The notes under the pieces are model-generated. The model searched no databases, was not told the origin of the DNA, and saw only the letters and a list, made by a program, of their open reading frames with translations. A program made the position numbers and the translations under genes. A stretch of 64,000 nucleotides of DNA from Phycisphaerae bacterium (lineage in GTDB: Bacteria > Planctomycetota > Phycisphaerae > SM23-33). Of the stretch, positions 56,963 to 64,000 are shown one piece after another (the first letter of the stretch is position 1; the number at the start of each line of letters is the position of its first letter). The stretch covers positions 10,110 through 74,109 of the forward strand of contig JAGXKT010000007.1 in assembly GCA_018335035.1 (NCBI GenBank), written 5' to 3'.

Positions 56963-59900
56963 ACCTTTCCGGCGTATCCGTTCGTCGGCCGGTCATGACG
57001 CTGATGGTGTTTCTCGGCGTCATCCTGGTGGGCGTGTTCTGCTTGGTGCAGATGCCCATCGACCTATTTCCCGAGATGGACATCCCCTCGATCACCGTGC
57101 TGACGCCGTACGAGGGCGCCGGGCCGGAGGAGATCGAGGAAAAGATCACCCAGCCGCTGGAGGAGCGTCTGGCGACGGTCGAGGACATCAAGCACATCAT
57201 GTCCACGTCGCGGGAGGGGCTCTCAACGATTCGCCTTCAGTTCGACTGGGAGACGGACCTGGACACCCGGGCCAACGACGTGCGCGACGCGATCGACCTG
57301 GCCCGACAGGACGTGCCGGACGAGGCCGACGACTCGCGCGTCTACAAGCTCGACGTCAGCCAGTTTCCCATCCTGGTCTACGGCGTGATGGCGCAGGAGT
57401 CGTACGAGAATCTCGAGGACATTCTCGACGACGAGGTCGCCAATCCGCTGGAGAGCATCCCGGGCGTCGGGGCGGTGCAGGTCATCACGCCGTTGAAGCG
57501 GCAGGTCAACGTGAACCTGGACCGCGAGCGCCTCGCCTCCTGCGACCTGACGCCCGACGACATCGTCCGCGCCATCGCCGCCGAGAACCGCGAGACGTCG
57601 GCCGGCAGCATAAAAATGGGCGAGACCGACTATCTCCCGCGCGTGCCCATGGAGTTCGACGCCGTCGAGCCCATGAATGACATCGTGGTCCGCGCCGACG
57701 AAAACGGGACCGTCCGCATCCGCGACCTCGGACGGGCCCGCGACGGCTTCAAGGACGTGGAACTGAGCGTCCGTATCGACAACGACCCCGGCGCCATTCT
57801 GCTCGTCCAGAAGCAGTCCGAGGCCAACACCGTCGAGGTGGCCCGCGCCGTGGAGGAACGGCTGGCGGAAATCACCGCCGGTCGCCGCCTGCCGCCGGAC
57901 GTGCGCATCGTCAACGTGATGGACTCGTCCGAGGACATCGAGATGATGGTCGCCGACCTGGTGCAGACGCTGATCATCGGCGGCGCGCTGGCGATGCTGG
58001 CGGTGTTCGTCTTCCTGCGCCAGTCGACGGGCACGCTGGTGATCGGGCTGACGATCCCCTTCGCCCTGATCGCCTCGGGCACGGTCATGTACGTGCTCGA
58101 TTACTCGATCAACATGATGACGCTGTTCGCCCTGATCGTCTCGCTGGGCATGGTGGTCGACAACGCCATCGTGGTGCTGGAGAACATCGCGCGCCACCGC
58201 GAGGTCGGAGAAACCGCCGCCGAGGGCGCCACGTTCGGGGCCTCCGAGGTGGGCCTGGCGATCATCGCTTCGACGCTGACGACGCTGTGCATCTTCTTTC
58301 CGCTGTTGTTCGTCAAGGGCGTCAGCAAGATCCTCTTCAGGCCGTTCGCGATCGTCGCGGCCGTCGTGCTCCTGGCCTCCCTGTTTACCGCGTTGACGAT
58401 GACGCCGATGTTGGCGTCGCGGTTGCTGAAGCGCGGCTACGGGCAGCAACGCCGGCGCGGGCGGTTCTTCCGCGTCACCGAGGCGGGGTTCAACCGGCTG
58501 GCCGACGCCTACTCGCGCCTGCTTGGCTGGTGTTTGGGGCATCGGGCGGTGGTGATTCTGATCGTGGTGGGCCTGTTCGCCGGCAGTCTCGCTCTGGTAC
58601 CGGCCATCGGCTTCGAGTTCATGCCCAAGGAGGACCGCGCGCTGGTTCGCGGCACGGTCGAGCTTCCGGTGGGCACGCGCGTCGAACGCACGAGCGAAGC
58701 GCTGGAGGTGATCTACAACGAGATCCGCCAAGAGATCCCCGACGATCAGATCCGCGCGGTCTTCACGCGTTGCGGCGTCAGCGAGTCCGGTTTTCAGAGC
58801 AACGAGGGAACCCACATCGGGACCTTCGGCGTGAAGCTCGTTCCGAAAGGACAGCGCGACAGGCACGTCGTCGCGATCGCCGACGCCCTGCGACGGCGCC
58901 TCGAGCGCCTCGCCGCCCGCGAGTCCCTCGTCAAGTACAGCTTGGACCTGAACGACCCCATGGGCGACATGATCATGGGCGGCGAGCAGCCTTTGAGCGT
59001 GAACATCCTCGGCGACAATCTGGAGGTCACCGACGCCTACGCGGCGCGGCTCAAGGAAAAGATCGAGAATGCCCCCGGAACGGTGGACATCAGCGTCTCG
59101 CGCGAAAAAGGCGCACCGGAACTCTGGGTGAACGTCGATCGCGCCAAGGCCTCGTCGCTGGGACTGAACGCCTCGGACGTGACCAAGACCGTCCGCACCA
59201 GCGTCTACGGAACGGTCGCCGGCAAATATCGCGTCGCCGGCGACGAGTACGATATCCGCGTACGCCTGCGCGAGGCGGATCGGGCGCGGCTGGAGGATCT
59301 CGGCCATCTGCCGCTGCGCCTGCCGACCGGCGCGTTGACACGGGTGGACAATGTGGGCGAGTGCGCGCGCCGGCGTGGTCCGGTCGAGATCGAGCGCAAG
59401 GACCAGCGGCGCATCGTGCGCGTGGGTGGCGACGTGCACGGCCGATCGCTCGGCGACGTTATGACGGACGTTCAGGAGGTCATCGACGACAGCGACATTC
59501 CGCCCGGGGTGGACGTGGTCCTCGGCGGTCAGAGCGAGGACATTCGGGAGTCCTACTTCTGGCTAACGCTGGCGCTGGGGGTGGGCGCGGTCCTGGTCTA
59601 CATGGTAATGGCCTCGCAGTTCGAGTCGCTTGTCGACCCGTTCGTGGTGGCGTTCGCGGTTCCGTTCGCCTTCATGGGCGCCATCTGGGGGCTGTACCTG
59701 GGCGGGTATACGCTGAACATCATCGTCTTTTTGGGCTTGCTGTTGCTGATCGGCGTCGTGGTCAATAACGCCATCGTCCTGGTGGACTACATCAATATCC
59801 TCCGTGCCCGCGGGCAGGGGATGATGGAGGCCGTTCAGGAAGCCGGCCGCACGCGCCTCCGCCCGGTGCTGATGACCGCCATGACGACCCTCGTGGCGCT

Positions 59901-60063
59901 GACGCCGATGGCGTTCAAGCAAGGTCAGGGCTCGGAGATCTGGAACCCGCTGGGCGTGACGATCCTGGGCGGGCTGCTGGTCTCGACGGCCGTGACCCTG
60001 GTGCTGGTGCCGACGATCTACAGCATCTTCGAAGGCCGAGTTCGGGGACGTGCCAAACGTTAG
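56959..60063 (+). CDS. RND efflux permease (AcrB/HAE family)
   Basis: 1034 aa. MNLSGVSVRRPVMTLMVFLGVILVG...FPEMDIPSITV, 12 TM segments and two large periplasmic loops. Confidence 0.95.
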   Translation: MNLSGVSVRRPVMTLMVFLGVILVGVFCLVQMPIDLFPEMDIPSITVLTPYEGAGPEEIEEKITQPLEERLATVEDIKHIMSTSREGLSTIRLQFDWETDLDTRANDVRDAIDLARQDVPDEADDSRVYKLDVSQFPILVYGVMAQESYENLEDILDDEVANPLESIPGVGAVQVITPLKRQVNVNLDRERLASCDLTPDDIVRAIAAENRETSAGSIKMGETDYLPRVPMEFDAVEPMNDIVVRADENGTVRIRDLGRARDGFKDVELSVRIDNDPGAILLVQKQSEANTVEVARAVEERLAEITAGRRLPPDVRIVNVMDSSEDIEMMVADLVQTLIIGGALAMLAVFVFLRQSTGTLVIGLTIPFALIASGTVMYVLDYSINMMTLFALIVSLGMVVDNAIVVLENIARHREVGETAAEGATFGASEVGLAIIASTLTTLCIFFPLLFVKGVSKILFRPFAIVAAVVLLASLFTALTMTPMLASRLLKRGYGQQRRRGRFFRVTEAGFNRLADAYSRLLGWCLGHRAVVILIVVGLFAGSLALVPAIGFEFMPKEDRALVRGTVELPVGTRVERTSEALEVIYNEIRQEIPDDQIRAVFTRCGVSESGFQSNEGTHIGTFGVKLVPKGQRDRHVVAIADALRRRLERLAARESLVKYSLDLNDPMGDMIMGGEQPLSVNILGDNLEVTDAYAARLKEKIENAPGTVDISVSREKGAPELWVNVDRAKASSLGLNASDVTKTVRTSVYGTVAGKYRVAGDEYDIRVRLREADRARLEDLGHLPLRLPTGALTRVDNVGECARRRGPVEIERKDQRRIVRVGGDVHGRSLGDVMTDVQEVIDDSDIPPGVDVVLGGQSEDIRESYFWLTLALGVGAVLVYMVMASQFESLVDPFVVAFAVPFAFMGAIWGLYLGGYTLNIIVFLGLLLLIGVVVNNAIVLVDYINILRARGQGMMEAVQEAGRTRLRPVLMTAMTTLVALTPMAFKQGQGSEIWNPLGVTILGGLLVSTAVTLVLVPTIYSIFEGRVRGRAKR

Positions 60064-60072
60064 GAGCGATGG

Positions 60073-60363
60073 ATGAAGCTCGTCTGGATCGCATACAACG
60101 AGGCCGTCGACGAGGAAGTCGCCGAGAAGCTCACGTCCCTGGGCATCGCAAGCTACACCAAATGGACCGGCGTGCTCGGCGCCGGGCGCACCAGCGGGCC
60201 CCACCTGCTTAGCCACGTCTGGCCGAAGGGCAACTACGTGCTCGCGGCTGTCGTCAGCGACGAGGTTGCCGCTACGCTGATGGATGCCCTTCGGGATTTG
60301 CGAAAAAAATCCGGGCACGAAGGTGTCAAAGCATTTTTGATGAAGGTGGAGGATCAGACCTAA
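60073..60363 (+). CDS. PII-like transporter-associated protein (PG0541 family-like)
   Basis: 96 aa. MKLVWIAYNEAVDEEV..YTKWTGVLGAGRTSGPHLLSHVWPKGNYVLAAVV..GVKAFLMKVE. Lies immediately downstream of the RND pump. Confidence 0.65.
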   Translation: MKLVWIAYNEAVDEEVAEKLTSLGIASYTKWTGVLGAGRTSGPHLLSHVWPKGNYVLAAVVSDEVAATLMDALRDLRKKSGHEGVKAFLMKVEDQT

Positions 60364-60573
60364 CCGTCGCCGTCCGGGCAGGGCTCCGGAGAAAAGAGAG
60401 TCCGTAACCTATTGTTAATAGTGCGCTTATGGGCTCTTGGAGGGCGCCGGAATCGTGGTGGCGGGGCGGTGCGGTATCGGGCGGGTCCCTGTGGGCGGAT
60501 GAGCGCCGGAAACCGGCGCGAAAATTGGAATTCTCGGGCAGAACCCAGCTTCAGAGGGGGCACCGGCGTGCCG

Positions 60574-61857
60574 ATGGTACTGTTGGAAGAAGCTGAGGAT
60601 ATGGCACATCGACACTCTCCACAACCTGACGCCGGCGCCTACTCGCGTGGCATCGCCCTGTACAAGCAAGGCGATTACGCCGGCGCTCTCGACGCCTTGG
60701 ATCAGGCCGGTGATGGCGAGTTGATCGGGCAGATGTCACGCTACTATCGCGGGATGTGCCATCGCGCCATGGGTGTGGACGCCCTGCAGGCCGGCGAACT
60801 GGACGCCGCCGAGACCCACCTGCGAGACGCGGCCGGTGCTTTGGGACGCAGTGCCGATCTGGCCTCCTATCTGGCGGCCGTGTATGCTCGTTGCGGACAA
60901 GCCGGCCGTTGTGCCGGGGCCGCCGAGCAGGCCGCGGAACTCAACCCCGACGACCCCGACGCCTGGCGCCGGTTGGCGCAAAGCCAGTGGCAGGACGGGC
61001 GGCGTGCCGAGGCCATGATGACGCTCACGTCGGCCCAACGGCGCCTTGGCGAGTGTGCATCGCTGTTGCTTCAGGAGGGGCTGTTCGCCGCTGCGACCGA
61101 GCGGTTTGACGCGGCGGAGGAGTTGCTATCGCGTGCGGCCAAGTTGGCGCCCGACTGGACCGAGACCCATTACTATGGCGGCTTGGTTGCCGCGGCCGCG
61201 GGTGATCCGGTCCACGCAGCGGGATATTTCCAGCGGGCGTTGGCATTGCGTCCCGGGGACATGGTCCTGGCCCATCATCTGACGGTCGCGGCGTCGGCGG
61301 CGCGTCAACAGGGGCGGGAGATTCAGATTCGTCTTCCGGACTCGTCGCCAAGCCAAAACCGTTGCGAGGCGCAGCAGTTGGCTCAGTACGTGACGAAGGT
61401 GCCGGAGTTCCTCGATGCGTGCCTGGCGATGCCGCCGTCGGAGGCCGATGCGGAGCTTCTCGGGATGCTTTCGGCCGTGATGCGCGTGGCGCTGGGCGAG
61501 CATCCGGGCTTTGCCGACCTGCACCATCGCTTCTCTCGGATTCTGGCGCGTCAGGGACAGTTGGGCGAGGCCATCGAGCATGCCGAGCATGCCGTGGGCA
61601 TCAACGGCAGTTACGTGGCGGGTCTACTGCATCTGGGTGAGTTGTACGAGCGGACCGGCCGGGCGTCTGAGGCCGTCGAGATGCTGGAACGGGCGATCGC
61701 ATGCGGAGGCGACTGGGCAGACGTGCACTGCCGCGCGGGCGAGCTTCACGTGCGTTGCGGTCGCGGCGAGGCCGCCAGCGAGCATTTTCACCGTGCGTTG
61801 GCGCTGAAAAAGGATTATCGGCGGGCCGTCGAGAATCTCGACGCGCTGGCTGCATGA
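60574..61857 (+). CDS. TPR-repeat protein
   Basis: Repeated 34-aa Ala/Leu/Tyr/Gly patterns (YSRGIALYKQGDYAGALDALDQA.., ..ALALKKDYRRAVENL). Start is uncertain (ATG 60574 or 60601; the track start 60412 is Arg/Gly-rich). Confidence 0.75.
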   Translation: MVLLEEAEDMAHRHSPQPDAGAYSRGIALYKQGDYAGALDALDQAGDGELIGQMSRYYRGMCHRAMGVDALQAGELDAAETHLRDAAGALGRSADLASYLAAVYARCGQAGRCAGAAEQAAELNPDDPDAWRRLAQSQWQDGRRAEAMMTLTSAQRRLGECASLLLQEGLFAAATERFDAAEELLSRAAKLAPDWTETHYYGGLVAAAAGDPVHAAGYFQRALALRPGDMVLAHHLTVAASAARQQGREIQIRLPDSSPSQNRCEAQQLAQYVTKVPEFLDACLAMPPSEADAELLGMLSAVMRVALGEHPGFADLHHRFSRILARQGQLGEAIEHAEHAVGINGSYVAGLLHLGELYERTGRASEAVEMLERAIACGGDWADVHCRAGELHVRCGRGEAASEHFHRALALKKDYRRAVENLDALAA

Positions 61858-61870
61858 GTGGAGGGTCGTC

Positions 61871-63517
61871 GTGAGTTACCTGCTGGAAGTTCTCGGACGC
61901 GGTCTGAACTACGAGATCGGCGAGGTGCTGGATCGCTACTACTGGTCCCCGCCGACGCAGTCGCAGGAGCAGTTGGAAAAGACCGCCGCCGAGCACCCCG
62001 ACTGGCCGGACGCTCAGCTTCAACTGGCGCTGCTGCATCTGCGATCCGCACGAACGGACGAGGCACTGAGGCACCTCAAGCAGGCCTGCCATCACAAGCC
62101 GGACTACTTGCCCGCACGCGTGGCGCTGGCGGCGGCATATGCGGACACCGACCAGGCCGACAAGGCACTGGAGCAGTTGCGCATGGCGGCTCAGGTTCAC
62201 GCGCCCGAGGCGCCGCTGCTGTTGGCGATGGGGTTCTGCTGTGAGCGTCTGCAGCGAGGCGAAGACGCCGCGTCGTATTACCGCGATGCGGTCGAGCGCG
62301 ATGGCGGGCTGGTAACGGCACGCGAGCGGCTGGCAGCCATGTGCGTCCACCTGGACCGCGTGGAGGAGGCCATCGCGCACTATCAGCAGCTTCGCCACTT
62401 AAAGCCGGAAGATGCCACGGTCCGCTCGGCGTTGGCGCATCTGTACCACCGCGCGGGCCGCTATGACGACGCTATCTCGGAGTTCGAGTGCGCCATCGCA
62501 ATGGAGCCGGAGAACTGGGCGCTGGTGGACGACGAGGTGGAGTCCCTGGTGGCCGAGGGGCACATTCGCGAGGCGATCGAGCGGCTGCATATGTTGATCG
62601 AGAACCAGGGTCCATTCGCCGACTTGCACGTGCGCCTGGCGGACCTGTACGGGCAACTGGGCGACGACGAGGCGGCGATGGCTCACTATCGCCAGGCGCT
62701 GGAGCTTCAGCCCAGGTACCTTGAAGCGACGGTCAAGATGGGCACGCAGCATCTGGTCAGCGGCCGGTGGGACGAAGCGGCCGAGGCGTTCGGAAACGCC
62801 TGCGAACTGAACGATCGCGTCTTGAGCCATTATGTCGGGCGCGGCGTGGCGCTGCTGGCGTCCGGCCGCCGCGCCGAGGCGATGGAGAGCTTCGATCTGG
62901 CCAACGCCGTCGAGCCGAACAGCACGCTTCTTCTGGCCGAGATGGCGCGACTGCAGCTCAAGGCCGCCCTGTCCGACGAGTACAGCCGGGCCTTCGTCAG
63001 TGGCGACGAGGTTCCCATCGCCGACGTGGAGTTGGACAACGACGACCTTCTGGCCCGTCAGATCGACGCACATGCCGAGCAGGTCGCCCTGCACAGCGAC
63101 TACGCGGACGTCCGGTATCGCTACGGCGTGCTGCTCCGGGCGCAGGGACGGCTCGTCGAGGCCGAGCAGCAGTTTGCCGCGGCCGTTGAGATCAATCCCA
63201 CGTACGTTCAGGCGCAGATCAAGTTGGCTTTGACGCGCCAGGATCTCGGGCGCGTGGAGGAGGCCATCGCCGACTTCGAGCGAGCGGTGGAGTTGCGCCC
63301 GGACTATGTGGACCTGCACTATCGCCTGGGAGTGCTTTACAGCGAGGGCGGCGACCTGGCCGAAGCGCTGTCTCACGCCGAGCGCGCCGTTGCTGGCGCG
63401 CCGAACAACGAGCGTATGCGCGCCTTTCTGGCCGTGTGCCTGCAGAATCTTGGGCTTCAAGACCGTGCCGCCGCGACATGGCGGAGCTTGTGGAAGATCC
63501 ACCGCACGTGCGCCTGA
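61871..63517 (+). CDS. TPR-repeat protein
   Basis: 548 aa with at least 10 TPR-like units (..AMAHYRQALELQPRYLEA.., ..AEQQFAAAVEINPTYVQA.., ..DFERAVELRPDYVDL..). GTG start. Confidence 0.8.
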   Translation: MSYLLEVLGRGLNYEIGEVLDRYYWSPPTQSQEQLEKTAAEHPDWPDAQLQLALLHLRSARTDEALRHLKQACHHKPDYLPARVALAAAYADTDQADKALEQLRMAAQVHAPEAPLLLAMGFCCERLQRGEDAASYYRDAVERDGGLVTARERLAAMCVHLDRVEEAIAHYQQLRHLKPEDATVRSALAHLYHRAGRYDDAISEFECAIAMEPENWALVDDEVESLVAEGHIREAIERLHMLIENQGPFADLHVRLADLYGQLGDDEAAMAHYRQALELQPRYLEATVKMGTQHLVSGRWDEAAEAFGNACELNDRVLSHYVGRGVALLASGRRAEAMESFDLANAVEPNSTLLLAEMARLQLKAALSDEYSRAFVSGDEVPIADVELDNDDLLARQIDAHAEQVALHSDYADVRYRYGVLLRAQGRLVEAEQQFAAAVEINPTYVQAQIKLALTRQDLGRVEEAIADFERAVELRPDYVDLHYRLGVLYSEGGDLAEALSHAERAVAGAPNNERMRAFLAVCLQNLGLQDRAAATWRSLWKIHRTCA

Positions 63518-63550
63518 CGGGCCGGACCGGGCCGCGGCGCGATTTGCCTG

Positions 63551-64000
63551 TCACCTCAGCAGCTTCTCCAGCCGGTCCAGGCCCTTGTCGATGTTCTCGG
63601 TGCTCGTGGCGAAGTTCAGCCGCACGTGGGCGTCGGCCCCGAAAGCCACGCCGGGTACCAGCGCGACCTGCACGGCCTCCAGGGCGGCCCGCGTGAACGA
63701 CAGCGAGTCCGTCACCTCGATGCCGCCCAGCGTTCGCCCATAGTGAGCGCTGACGTCGGGGAAGCAGTAGAAGGCGCCGGTCGGCGCGAGGCATCGGACG
63801 CCGTCGATCGCATTGAGCCGCTCGGCCATGTGCCGCCCACGGCGCTCGAATTCCTGTCGCATCTGCTCGCACGTCTCAGCGCCGCGCGGGTCGGTGTAGG
63901 CGGCCAGCGCCGCGGCCTGCGCGAAACTGACCGGGTTGGTCGTGGACTGGCTCATCAGTTTGCGAACGGCGGCGGCAACGGGCTCGGGTCCGGCCAGCCA
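63551..64000 (-). CDS. Aspartate/aromatic aminotransferase class I, C-terminal part (5' end off the right edge)
   Basis: The frame stays open from 63955 up to base 64000 (..WLAGPEPVAAAVRKLMSQSTTNPVSFAQAAALAAY..). KLxSQSTsNP is the classic AspAT motif. The C-terminus reads VRLNFATSTENIDKGLDRL. Confidence 0.85.
   Translation of the reverse strand, partial: WLAGPEPVAAAVRKLMSQSTTNPVSFAQAAALAAYTDPRGAETCEQMRQEFERRGRHMAERLNAIDGVRCLAPTGAFYCFPDVSAHYGRTLGGIEVTDSLSFTRAALEAVQVALVPGVAFGADAHVRLNFATSTENIDKGLDRLEKLLR

Noticed and set aside
53913-59439. Minus-strand ORFs 53913..55631, 55415..56905 and 57223..59439
   Set aside because: They are antisense to the TolC, MFP and RND genes, all of which have clear family signatures.

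Overview
A 64-kb, high-GC, gene-dense chromosomal segment from a Gram-negative bacterium. The gene content points to the PVC group (Planctomycetota-like): a PEP-CTERM protein, a PVC-type small basic protein, LptD/TolC/LolE-like envelope genes and a PG0541-type RND accessory protein. This taxon call is an inference. I found about 55 credible CDS and no rRNA, tRNA, CRISPR, transposase or integrase.

Main blocks:
1. Housekeeping genes: lysS, gcvT-like, RNase R, uvrB, pyrE and two aminotransferases.
2. A tightly coupled minus-strand cluster: kamA/ablA, a polar amino-acid ABC transporter, ablB and marC. It is probably an N-epsilon-acetyl-beta-lysine osmolyte module.
3. A 2-oxoacid dehydrogenase and lipoylation supercluster. 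DeoR, a histone-fold-like membrane protein and a fused E1 alpha-beta are transcribed in one direction. E2, E3, crcB, DUF190, a PHP-like protein, a double-Rossmann MDR dehydrogenase, lipB and lipA run in the other.
4. A TetR, TolC, MFP, RND and PII-like efflux operon followed by two TPR proteins.
5. A small lower-GC islet with a Panacea (DUF4065) antitoxin gene and an unassigned 126-aa partner. This is my best candidate for an undescribed toxin-antitoxin pair.

Several intergenic regions between co-directional minus-strand genes carry short tandem or inverted repeats of two unit types: TCGTTGAC and T(T/C)CGA(A/C)C.

All functional calls rest on motif recognition by eye and on gene context. No database search was run. 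Many long ORFs in the track are GC-driven antisense shadows and were rejected.
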